Shown in pieces: positions 1 through 11,829 of a stretch of DNA of 64,000 nt (positions are counted from its first letter, which is position 1; each line of letters opens with the position of its first letter). Source of the stretch: Epiperipatus broadwayi. Its lineage: Eukaryota > Animalia > Onychophora. The stretch spans positions 6,014,001-6,078,000 of the forward strand of contig JAQFVV010000002.1 of the NCBI GenBank assembly GCA_028023455.1, read 5' to 3'. Below the pieces are notes generated by a model, which was not told the DNA's origin, searched no databases, and saw nothing but the letters and a program-made list of their open reading frames with translations. The position numbers and the translations under genes are program-made.

Positions 1-234
1 AAATCTATTTCATCACTGACAATCAAAATGGCATGTCTCACTAGTATGACAAGCTTGAAAATCCAAATTATTAATTTAATGCTTTTATAAAAACTGTTAT
101 ATTAATATTCTGCTAATAAATGAAAAAAGATCCTTTTCTTTTTCCTTTAAATGATAGGGTGAAATAAAGTCCAGTGAAACTCAGAAAATTACAATTTCCG
201 TACTCAAAATGTATATTAATTGCATTCAACTTAC

Positions 235-262
235 ATCTGCCATGACAAGATGACTTCTACAT
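235..262 (-). other. Candidate 28-nt micro-exon of an unidentified host gene
   Basis: Minus strand reads tgtgtatcatttccag|ATGTAGAAGTCATCTTGTCATGGCAGAT|gtaagt. Two frames are open (xVEVILSWQ or xCRSHLVMAD). Splice signals only, no homology. Confidence 0.25.
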
Positions 263-664
263 CTGGAAATGATACACACCAAAAGATAAACCTCCTCCAT
301 ATACAAAATATGTTTAAACAATTCTACGACCAATTAATTTAATGACAAACATTAAAATAAATTTTCCACAACATAAATGGCAATACTCTTCTATATCCAA
401 AGAAAAATGAAAATGCTGACTTTTGAATGCTTAGCATTAATAATAGGCAATTGATAAGAAGATTTAAGTGTTGACTCTTGAGTTAAGATATTTTGATTTT
501 ATGCTGAAAATAATTATATGGTCTTTACCTATATTTGTTTAGTTATAAAAATCTTGTCAATATAGAAACTGTATGTCAATTATGTCACCATGAAAAAAAT
601 TAAAAACATATTCTTTTTAAGTATAATAACCTACAGGAGGCTCATTCATCACAAAAATACTTAA

Positions 665-1094
665 CACAGGCAAAACTCTCCATACAGTAGTGCCAATCAG
701 TGCCAACCAGAGTAATCAATGGATGCCAGAAGGCTTGTGCACAAAATCCCCATCTAGTGCCTACTCATCCAATATCCCCAGACTAGTTTCTGGCTTGTGG
801 CTTTGTCAGTGAGAAGCTTCGGATCTGAGGGCACTGCACCTAGATCTTAGGATCTAAAGCAACCCTCCAGCAGCCACCTCTTATCTCTACTTAACTACAA
901 AACTATGAGAAAATTTGAAAACAATAATATTTTCAATCTAAGTTCAATAGCTTATATAGTCATATGGGTCTGAACTCAGTTCAGTACCCATACATTTTGG
1001 TGTCTTTTTGGATTTTATGCACAAGCCTTCTGGCATCCATTGATTACTCTGGTTGGCACTGAGTGGCACTATTGGATGGAGAGTTTTGCCTGTG
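665..1094. mobile_element. MITE with ~85-bp TIRs and TTAA TSD (piggyBac-like termini CACAGG...CCTGTG)
   Basis: 665-749 is the near-perfect reverse complement of 1011-1094. TTAA lies at 661-664 and 1095-1098. A second copy is at ~27609-27926. Confidence 0.85.
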
Positions 1095-1859
1095 TTAATA
1101 ACAGATATGTGCTAGCATAAGAAATGGTGATCATGTGATGTTTAGTGGTTTAACACAAAAATACTTCAGGAAAAATGATAATACAATTCAATCTATCATA
1201 TCCAAAAGTTTGCTTTACAGAAATAAAAATCACCACATTCATTTGTGGTGCACAAGATGCTTATTTCTTTATAATAATAATACAAGAAGATTACTAAACA
1301 CATTTAAAAACGAACTAGACATAATTAAACAGACAAAAAAAAATTACTCCTCCAAATATATTTGCAGCTATATGATCACTTATATGTCAGTGCTCTAACC
1401 TATAACTATAATTTTCCTTTTTGCCTAACATATACTCCCTATGTTTAACAATATGTAGTGTTTTACTAATTCTGACAAACATATGAATATGCCATGTTGT
1501 ATAGATTGTTTTTCATGTTAAATTTTATTAATAAAATTCATTTTGAAACGTAAGTGTGCTATGAAGATTTAAAAAGCAATAGGAATAAAAAGTCTCACTA
1601 AAAATCTATCTAATAAAAAAATTATAATAATTTATCTACACATAAATACTATTAATAAATTAAAGTAAAAAATTAAAAAAATGTTTTTTTTAAATATTTT
1701 TATTATTATTGTTATGTGTCTCCTCTCTCCCCATTTTTTTTTAAAGTGTAGATTAAAAAAGGAAAACAATTTGTGGAATATTTTGTGTAATTTCTGTATA
1801 AATATTAAATGCTGCAAAATGAAAAAAAAAATGTTTACAAGTTCTTTTGATATATTCTT

Positions 1860-2430
1860 ATTTTCATCTATTATCAATCCACTGCAGTGTGATGATCTAA
1901 TTTATGCACAACTTTTGTTTCCCCATCTGTCAAGCACATTCCTTATTTATCCCCATTTTATATATGGACTCTATCTCCTGGGAACCAGCTTAAGACTAAG
2001 AAGTTTCCATCTATTATCATCTCTTCTACCAACATATCCAACTCAGCGCCATTGTAACCTCTTGAGTCCTTCAGTGATGATGCTTGTTGTCTTACCCATC
2101 AGCTTTGCTTTCGATTCCTCATTACTCTCAATATGCATTTCTCCATAGTTAATTGCGTGATTTGAAGTCTTAATTGCTTTTCTCTTATGAATCTGAGCTT
2201 AGATCAAAAAAGTAAAATTGATTAGTAACAAATTTAAAATCCTTCTTTCAAACACATTCTGTTTAATATTGTTATTAGTACCAAAAACACTTCCATATAA
2301 ATTTAATTCTATGATTAATTTCATCAATTTTGTTTACATCTGTATTAATAGTCAGATTCTCTCAATTGCTTCACAATCCTTAACTAAAATATAATTTGGT
2401 TTTCTTCAAGACTGGATATACAGTATGCAA
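1860..2430 (-). mobile_element. Decayed RTE-clade LINE, 3' part of ORF
   Basis: Minus-strand translation pieces DEINHRIK and KRLQWR*VGYVGRRDDNRW match the RTE C-terminal region also seen at 59399-59840. Many stops. Confidence 0.65.
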
Positions 2431-3095
2431 TATAAAAAGAAATTATTAAACTCAGGTGCTTACTATACATGTATATAATTTTAATGCGCAAATACGCGCA
2501 CAACAACCGAGCTTCATCAGGATTAAATAACAATATATTATAAACTCAAAATAATTATAATATCTAAAGAATAATGCCCGAGCGCTTTCAAGAGAACTTA
2601 GCTCTCATAATCATGGGCAACAAAGAATAAGCATCGCGTGTTGGTATATGCTAAAATATGCTGATATCTGTAAATTAGTTGAAAATAAATGCATCAGCTC
2701 TAAATGATCCATTTCTTAGAGATTTTGTAACATGCATCTTTCCTATTCATAGCCTTATCATCAATAGCAATAAAGCATGCTTCTTTAACTTTTCTCTTAA
2801 TGTCATTTCTCTCCCTGTAAACTATTCTTGCATTTTTAAGTTCACATGCATGACCAGCTGATTTCTGATGTATTGCAAATATTGAGTTGCAATTTGGGTC
2901 TACTTGGGCCTTATTGTAAGAATATCTGTGCTGGGATAGTCTTGTAGAAAGAGTTGCTTTCGTTTCCCCATAGTATGATGCCATGCAGTTATTTTCTGGA
3001 CATGAAATATTATATATGGCCTGAGAGGTGTTGTTGGGTGTTATAATGTCTTTGGTGTTATTAATAATTCTATTTGTATTAGGGGTGTATGAATT

Positions 3096-3533
3096 TTGTT
3101 ACCATATAATGCAACTACCCATAGAAAGTTTTACTCAGTGTTTAATAAAGAATTTCAACTAAGCTTTCATACACCCCCTAATACAAATAGAATTATTAAT
3201 AACACCAAAGACATTATAACACCCAACAACACCTCTCAGGCCGTATATAATATTTCATGTCCAGAAAATAACTGCATGGCATCATACTATGGGGAAACGA
3301 AAGCAACTCTTTCTACAAGACTATCCCAGCACAGATATTCTTACAATAAGGCCCAAGTAGACCCAAATTGCAACTCAATATTTGCAATACATCAGAAATC
3401 AGCTGGTCATGCATGTGAACCTAAAAATGCAAGAATAGTTTGCAGGGAGAGAAATGACATTAAGAGAAAAGTTAAAGAAGCATGCTTTATTGCTATTGAT
3501 GATAAGGCTATGAATAGGAAAGATGCGTGTTAA
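3096..3533 (+). pseudogene. PLE GIY-YIG endonuclease fragment (mirror copy at 2700-2984, minus strand)
   Basis: AVYNISCPENNCMASYYGETKATLSTRLSQHRYS...RKVKEACFI fits the PLE GIY-YIG pattern VYxIxCxxCxxxYxGETxxxLxxRxxEH. 5'-truncated, no RT domain. Confidence 0.88.
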
Positions 3534-3641
3534 CAAAATCTCTAAGAAATGGATCATTTAGAGCTGACGCATTTATTTTCAACTAATTTACATATATCAG
3601 CATATTTTAGCATATACCAACACGCGATGCTTATTCTTTGT

Positions 3642-3686
3642 TGCCCATGATTATGAGAGCTAAGTTCTCTTGAAAGCGCTCGGGCA
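3642..3686 (+). ncRNA. Minimal type-I hammerhead ribozyme-like motif of the PLE (identical mirror copy at 2575-2619, minus strand)
   Basis: TGCCC-ATGATTA-T-GAGAG-ctaagtt-CTCTT-GAAA-GCGC-TC-GGGCA gives stem I TGCCC/GGGCA, stem II, GAAA, palindromic stem III AGCGCT and a UH=TC site. The CUGAUGA core carries two substitutions. Confidence 0.6.
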
Positions 3687-6600
3687 TTATTCTTTAGATA
3701 TAATTATTTTGAGTTTATAATATATTGTTATTTAATCCTGATGAAGCTCGGTTGTTGTGCGCGTATTTGCGCATTAAAAGTATGCAATATATAATTGAGT
3801 AGAATTCTGAAAATTTCAGGAGATTCTTATAAATATTATAAAGTGACAATTCAAAAAAAAAAACAAATTTTGCTCAGTGTGAGCCGTCAAAGTAGTAATA
3901 ATGCATACATGTAGAATCACCATTATGCATATACTTAGTAATGTGAAATACTATTTTATTTTGATATTTGTAAACTTCAAACTAATTTTGGCGTATATCA
4001 TTTTACTTTTACATATTATAGATTTATCTTGATAATGTCAGGTTACAAATACACATAGAATTTTCATTCAGATAGTTAGGCCATATCCAAATCAATTAGC
4101 CATCTATTTGTTAATCAGTAAATAGATATCTAGGTACTCTTATCTAAAGAACAATTAGAAAAGAATAGCCTTAAATACTCATCACTTTGCAATTAATTAG
4201 CTTGTTAGGTAATGTATTCTAAACATAGTGTTTCTCTTTATAAGTTGTTGGAAAATTTTTGCACTTCAATGGTAATCTAGAAACTGATCATTCATTATCT
4301 TTTAATGGAGACAAAATTATAAAGAGATTACTTCAACTTTTCATAATTGCTAGAATTTATTCTTTTGTTATAAATTAAGATGTATTAGTGATATTTTTTA
4401 AATTCAATCTTGGATAATTGAGTATATACATATTTGTTTAAAAAAAATTTTAAATGCAGAAAAATATATTTAAAAGCAAGAATATGACAAACTGACTGAC
4501 ATTAAAGATACAATATTCCTCTTTTAACATTTTAGTTTGTTATTTTGAGTTACAAAAAAAAACTGATAATTAGAAATTTTCATTAGCTGACCCCAATTCT
4601 AATAGCAATTCAAAAACATGAAGAAGTTACATTGATAAGCCTTTTAAATACATTTTTATACAGTTAACATAATATTAATAAACTTATTGGAATTTTATTA
4701 TGAATAAGAAAAAAAAGATAATGTTCCACCATTAAAAAAGCAAAGCAAAAAAAAATTTTTTGACAAATATTATTGTATAGACATAAAAATTATTAATTAT
4801 TACTTGTAATATATACATTTGCTATCTGATTATGTTTTCAAAAGCCTCAAAACAGATTATCTCTTAATCTGCCAAAATCTATGATGGTTGAGCAATCACA
4901 AGAGTTCAACTGCAAATAAAAGCTTAATTTTGTAATAATGCCAAGTAATTTTTCCAAAACTTATATTTTTTAAGTGAATAAATATTTAATAAATTAACTA
5001 AAATCAAAGATATAACATTAAATATATATATAATCACTATTTTCTTTGCTGTCTGATTGGTGAACAGTTTATACTACTTTGACTGATTATATTACTCATC
5101 ATTCTTGTAGTTGAAGTAAAAAAAAATTTAAGAAAAAATATTTTAAGATTAATTTTTAAAAATATACACTTCATTACTAAGAGTAGTAGTCAAAATTTGA
5201 ACTTAATATACAAATACAATATATATAGTAACTTCAACCTTTTACTTAAAATTTGTTAAATGAAAAAATATACAAAACAAATTTTAAAAGCCAATGGGAA
5301 ATAAAAATAACAATATTATTTAATACATTTTTCTCTAACTTATAGTAATAAAAATTGTCAATTTAAATCAAGTGAATTGGTTGGCTTTTATTTTAAACAA
5401 TATATCTGTCATTCAACTTTGTAAACAAGAAAAAAGAAAATCAGACAAGTAAGAATTTTAAAACTACTTAAAAATGATTTAATCAAGATAAAGACAAGTT
5501 TTTATTTACTTATTTTGCATCAACATTTTTTTCAAATATATATATTAATCTTATCTTAATATTGTTATTAAAAACAATCTATAATACATGTAATATTATT
5601 GGATTTTTTCCTGGGTTTGAGCACAAATAATATAAATATTACTTTGCATATAAAAACGCTATTAATAAAGGTTTTAGTTTATATAAATTTTGTAAAAAAA
5701 AAAAAAAAATCATAGAATAGTGAGATAGTAAACAGAAATTGAACAAACTATTATTAAAAATAAAATAAAAAGATTAGTGAAATATAAAAAGTGGATGTTC
5801 TGCAGAAAAAAAAAATTGAAGATATGAGATACCTTATTCTAAGATAACATGGATATAATAAAATATTTATTTTAAGAGACTAAATCAAAATAGTGTTGTA
5901 TAAATGGCAAACTTATGATCTTAGGCTAGATTGTTTTAAAAAGTGATAAGCAATGCCAAGCTATGACTGATGATGATCAAGTACTATTCCTTGATTTTAA
6001 CACTTACCTTACTTCGTTTATCCCAATATATTATTATGGGAAAATTTTTAATAAAAAAAATTAACATGGTGGATAATAAATATATGTTTAAAATAATAAA
6101 ATAATTTGTATTTCTAGTGATATAAGCTCTGATCATAATGTTTTACCTGCATTAGAAATAGTAGTACATTAAATTCTATTTATTGAACACAAAAGCTAAC
6201 TAGGGCACTCTTGAATAATCAATGGACACTAGGTGATAGACAGTGCCACATCCCGATTCCGAGACTAGTTTATGGTTATTGAATTTTCTCAATAAAAAAA
6301 TACAGGACTTCCACTATATATTCAGTTTACATAAAAATTTGTCTAAAAATTTGAATATATTGCTATTTATGTTCATTATTTACTTAAGCTTACAATTTAT
6401 GGCAAAGAATTTCAGAAAATAGAATGAATGACTGCTCTTAATGCAAATATTAAAAAATAGAGAATCCCATAATGATAATTTTTTTGGAAAATTTAATAGT
6501 TGATATTTACTTTCAAAAATCAAACTTTATTTACACATTAGAGTGGATACAAAAGCAATCAATGATAGGATAACATTGTCTATAAGAAAGTTTCAATGTA

Positions 6601-7544
6601 TACATATAAATGACGTATGCAAGTCATGTATACAGAAATATCAAAGGTTGTATTAGAACCAACAATTTAGTCTTAAGAGCAGTATAAGAAACTCATGATG
6701 GTTAATTAATGCAAGTATGAAAGAAACATAAATAACTATAAATAAAATCAAAGATTATATTAATGCCTTAAGGCAGCGTGTCATGAGCTTAATTGGTTAG
6801 GAATATAAAGTACTTCAAACCTATGTATAAGGTCTGGGAATTCCATTGATTAATGATTATCATGGCCCACGGAATAACGAGGACTATAAAAATATTTATA
6901 AGTTGATATAGTAAGTTACTTGTATAGTATGCAATTAATACAAAGTTTGTGTATTAAATATATAGGGTGTATGAAAGAGCTTCATAGTTAAATTTAGATT
7001 ATTCTTAAGTGAAAGATGTAATATATTATTTGTTTAGTAGTTGATATTTCAAATAAAAAACACCCAATTTATATATATATAAAATACAAATATTTTCAAA
7101 TAAAATATACATAACAAAAACTTACATTAGCAAATAAATCCACTATAAACCAATTATGAGAACCAAATATACTTTGCACTATAATAGGTAATTATTAAAT
7201 GAGGAAAAAATGTAAGTCAAAGCAAAACAGAATATATAAGTGTTGATAAAGCTTAATGCAAGATTGGACAAAACACTTTAAATGACAAAACAGATTACCA
7301 ACGAAGAAGTCCATCTGATTTAACATGTAAAAAATAAAACAATTTGGTTATTAAAAATAGGTTAGCAGGAAAGCTATATCAAAAACAAAAAAATGGTTTA
7401 TACTAATAAAAAACAAATGTATTAAAGATTAATATATATCTATATAATTGACAGTACAAAAGAGGATGAAATAATAATATGATATAATAAGTGATTATAA
7501 TGATGGAAATTATTGAAAGTTATACATAAAATACTTTTGAAAAA

Positions 7545-8820
7545 AATAAATGTTTTGTCTTGATGATCATCATAATTTTCAACTACTATCAATCCATTGC
7601 AGGACAAAAATCTCCAAGTTCAATTGAATGTTTCCATACCAGAGCCTTTATTCTTCACATCATACCAACAAACATCCTTATTTTATCCATTTATCTCATG
7701 TGATATCTTTCTACAATTTTTACAATCTCTAGGGATCGAATTTAAAACTTCAACTGATCATCTAATATCAATCACCTCATCTAAAAATATGTCCAGTCCA
7801 GCTCCATTTCAGTCTCTTAATTCTCACAATGATGTCAGTGTTGTTTGTTGGTTCTCTCACCCCAATTTCCTTTTGATCTTTTCTTGTTATTCCTAATATA
7901 CGTCTCCCACTTCATTGAGTAGTATGATGAGTTTGTATTACTCTACTTTTAAGTGTTCAAAGTCTCAGATCCATAAATAAAAACGCATCTATTAAAATAA
8001 CCATTTTCAAACATGTGCACTACATACAAGTTTAACTCTGATTAATTTCATCCATTATGTTTCCATTTGTAAGTATATATTAAATTCTTTTAATTCATGA
8101 TTATCAATTTTTATTTTCTTTTTCCGAGTAAACCTAATGACCATTACTCTAATCATTTAGCATTTACCTTTAGTCCTACTAATTATTTGCAAAAACAATT
8201 GCAACATCTTCAAAATCTAGATCACTTTAAAAATGCGCACTTATTTTTACTCCCTTGGTTTCACATCTTAATCCACACATTTCTTGTAAAACTGATGTAA
8301 AAAGTTTTGAAGCTTAAAAAACACCCTGCTTTACACCTTTAATTTTAATTTTTTAATTTTAGTATCACCAAAGTATTCTAATCATTGCTGATACATTTTG
8401 ATACATATTCTTCAGATTATGACAATATTCCATGTCTAAAATCATTGAAGAAATGCTTATACAATCCAATGTCTTTAAATAATATATAAATCCAAAGAAC
8501 AATCACAACTTACATTCATTAGTGCTTTCTATATACATTCTTTCAATACTTGAATTTAATCCATTCTAATAAAATCATTTACATTCAACTTGTTATTTTG
8601 AATGGTTGGAATCCAAAGTTTGCTGTAGATGAATTGTAATTATCTCAACAAAGATTTTGTACAAACTGATATGAGACTGATAGGTCTATAATTTTTAATC
8701 TTTTTTATCAACTTTTCTTAAATATCAATATTACTACTGCACCTTTATCATTTAGATATTTGGTACATAGTGTAATGTTTTCCACATTTTGAAAGATTCT
8801 GTTAGGCCATCTTTTATACA
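7545..8820 (-). mobile_element. Decayed RTE-clade LINE (RT to 3' end)
   Basis: Minus pieces KNYRPISLISV, RILGITRKDQ, IIVRIKRLKWSWTGHIFR and FVLQWID, ending in a (TGA)-type tail near 7560. Confidence 0.75.
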
Positions 8821-9149
8821 CAGTTAAGTGAAAGTTAATCAAACTATGGATAAGAAAATATATTGTTCATATTCTTAAAAACATAGCTATATTTCCTGAT
8901 TAACTCGACCTAAGTATTATTACAATTTCAATTGCTGGCAGAATCAGTTTTTAATTTATAAAAGATGGCGCCAAAGTCATTAGATTCACTGATTCTGCGT
9001 GAAGCATATCGTAACTTATAAAATAATAATTTTAGAGATCGGGTTTTTGCTTTCCCATAACTTAGTTATTTTAAGAAAAAAAGTATTCTTCTTGGACTTA
9101 ATTTAAAAAAAAAAAGAATATTGGCAAGATAAATTATACACTAAAATCC

Positions 9150-9610
9150 TAATAACTAACATTAATAAATTTAATAATAATCATTAATAACACACAATGA
9201 AAAGTTGATAAAGGCAAAATATTTTATTCGAACAAATTAAAATATTTTTAAGATAAATTAGTTAAATAAAATTGGAGATCACACACGCTAATCCAGATAT
9301 AAATCAATTAATTAGGTAAAGTAATTAAAACAATTTAACAAACAATGTTCACTTCGTAAGTTTCTTCTAGAAAATTCTTTAAATGAAAGTCTCTTTAATA
9401 AGAAAATTAATGTCTCTATCAGGATTATTTTAAGCTTATTTTTAAGAATGGTTTGCCAACAATTTAGTCACAATAGGGAATAATTAATCATAACTTACCA
9501 GTAAGATTATGTAGGTTGTTGATTACCATGTTTGTTTTTTTTCTGGGGTAGAATGAGCTCGTGGCCATTAGTTTTAATGTGTTCTTGGTCCATATCCTAA
9601 AGGCTAGTCA
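9150..9610 (-). mobile_element. L2/CR1-like LINE 3' end remnant
   Basis: Minus pieces HIKTNGHELILPQKKNKHGNQ...TGKL and NNPDRDI resemble the CR1/L2 C-terminal pattern (LxLPxxxT..G..GxKLWNxLP). Heavily decayed. Confidence 0.4.
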
Positions 9611-11600
9611 TGAAAGCTTTTCTGGTGGACGTCTTCATGAATGATGTCAGCAAAAGCCTGTCTACTCCTGCATGATGAATTATTTCTGCATAGAATGATC
9701 CTGGATCTTCTTTCATGACCCAGGACAGAGAAACACAGACGAGACCTTGATCCAACTGGTCTTCTTCTTTTTATACTCACGGTCCAGTTTTCAGACTTCT
9801 GAGAATATTTTTATCTGTTTACTTTTATTAAAAATATATGTTGATAATCTTGTACATTCTTTATCAGTTTTAGGTTCCAAAGTCATTTTTTATATATATA
9901 AAATAATTCTTCCATCTTTAATTAGCTAAAAAGATTTTTCTAATTATAATCTTTTTACTTTTGGAATTCTTTTTTTAGTTTATCTAGATTAGTAATCTGT
10001 GTGTCATTATTATTCTTTCCAATTTTAACTTTCAACCTACATTTTTTTTAAAAAAAATAAAATTACACTAATAAAAAAAAATCTAAAATGTTTCTTTTTA
10101 AAAGATCGTTAAATTTACCTTTTTTCTTTAGCTTTTAAATATCTTACCGAATGCCAATATATTTGTACCATATATAAATAAAGGTACAATAGATTTGTCA
10201 ACATTTTTTCTATTTCTACAATTGCTTCTTTTAAAATATCAGTAATAATTCCATTATTTCTTGGAGCTTTTCCCTTTGTTATAAATTTAATTGCATTTCT
10301 CACCTCTTCATTTAAAAGACTTGGTAATTCAGAAAGTTTAGCAATTGTAGAAAATATTGTTTTCTTTATCTAATTCTTTACAGAATTCATCCACACATTC
10401 CATAATGTCAACTCTCTTTTAAGTAACAATTTCATCTTCTGACTGCTGAAATAAACATTTCTCCAACACAATGAATGGTTTTACCCTTTTGAGATTTTTG
10501 TTCTCTTTTAAAGCTTTTCTTTGCAATTCTCAATTATATTTTCTTATAGCATTATTATACTCTTTTTATATAGTTTTACAAATCTCTACATATTTAAGTC
10601 TTCTTTTTAGATCATTTTTGAAAGTTTTCATATTCCTTTTTTAATACATTGTTTTGTCTCAATAGAAAATTACTGATAAATTGCTGGATTTTTTTTTTCC
10701 TGTACTAACTATGTTTTTTTTTTTCAGTTCTCAATAGAAAATGTTACCTTTATATTGGATTCATTCAAGCCTAAAACATTTTCAAAGTTTATAATATATG
10801 AAAACAAATTCCAAATTGTAATTTAAATTCATTAGAATTTATTTCTGAAGAATAAAAATATCAACAATTAAGACCAATAAGATTATCTTTCTTAACAGTT
10901 TTACATTAATATGTATCTTACATCTCACAAACTGATGATCACTTTCTGTATTAAAAAACATTCTGTTAGTCAAAATTCTATTATACCTTCATTGGCATGC
11001 TTTCATTTAGTTTTTTAGGTTTTTTTTTTTTCAAAGAAAAAACTCATAATAAACAATTTTTTTTTTTTTTTTTGTGAATTCCATAAGTCTAGTCTTCTCT
11101 TATCATCGTAACTAAATTTACCCAAAGAACTTTCATCTTTCAATCATTTACCAATTCTATCATTAAAATCTCCCATGGCAATTTTAAAATATTTGATGTG
11201 ATAGAAAGTATTTTATACTTCATATAAAAATCTACTCTTTTATCATAATAAAACTTGTTGGAGCATTAATCTGAATTAACTGCATTTTTGTTATCTACCT
11301 TTAATTTAAATAAGTAATCTTTCCATTATCTCTAATATTCCATCAATCTCGATAATGTTGCCCTTCTACATTTTTTTTATAATGAATCCCATTCTACTTG
11401 TGATCCAAATACTTGTCTTTTAAATATATAGATCACTTACATCTACATATTTTCATTTAACTTCACAAAGCCCAACAATGCACCATTAAATAATAGTTCC
11501 TTCAATTGTACATTATTCTTTCATGTGAGAATGATCTGTAGATGCAGCCTCCCCTTTTGGCCACTTATCATTGCTTTAGTTGCTGACTTTACAGATTTAA
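9610..11600 (-). mobile_element. Internally deleted RTE-clade LINE (APE, linker, 3' end)
   Basis: APE motifs IVGLCEVK, LIQINAPTS, AMGDFNDRIGK and SDHQFVR. Linker RNAIKFITKGKAPRNNGIITDILKE (ORF 10115-10303). C-terminal RRPVG...VMKEDPGSFYAEI. Confidence 0.75.
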
Positions 11601-11776
11601 TAATATTATTTATGTGCAAAATGAAAGTTATGATTCATAATATTGTGAGGTATGGTATCAAATACTTTTTTTCATAAATTAAGTTTTACAGAATAAATGC
11701 AAATTCGTAGAATGAACCTTAAAAAGCCAGCCAATTTTGCCATGTAAATCTTAGTTACAAAATTTAGTTCACTTAC

Positions 11777-11829
11777 CTTTCTCTATCCCTAGCAGTGAAA
11801 ACATTGTGCTTCTTTTTTAAACTATTCTC
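11777..11829 (-). other. Candidate 53-nt exon of an unidentified host gene
   Basis: Minus strand reads tatatacatttag|GAGAATAGT...GATAGAGAAAG|gtaagt. One open frame, ENSLKKKHNVFTARDRE(R/S), phase 0 to 2. Confidence 0.3.

Larger units (their letters stand above)
2479..3779. mobile_element. Penelope-like element (PLE), inverted tail-to-tail structure
   Basis: 2479-3093 is the reverse complement of 3166-3779 (~615-bp arms, 72-bp spacer, few mismatches). Arms carry the GIY-YIG C-terminus and 3' pLTR. A 13-bp direct repeat AGTATGCAATATA lies at 2422-2434 and 3779-3791. Confidence 0.9.

Noticed and set aside
1135-2148. ORFs 1135-1398, 1632-1877 and 1681-2148
   Set aside because: Low-complexity AT-rich frames. 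1681-2148 is the antisense shadow of an RTE remnant.
4847-4909. Possible minus-strand terminal exon LNSCDCSTIIDFGRLRDNLF* after ttttatttgcag
   Set aside because: Good acceptor only. Its phase does not fit the 11777 exon and there is no homology or other support.
8962-8972. AAGATGGCGCC (YY1-like motif or LTR primer-binding-site-like TGGCGCC)
   Set aside because: No adjacent LTR end (CA), no CpG island and no downstream ORF. Too short to call.
9494-9815. Minus-strand splice-like signals (gtaagt at 9494, gtgagt at 9775)
   Set aside because: The sequence is explained by RTE and L2/CR1 3'-end remnants.
10917-10950. 24-nt exon-like segment encoding SDHQFVR
   Set aside because: It is the SDH motif of the RTE endonuclease.
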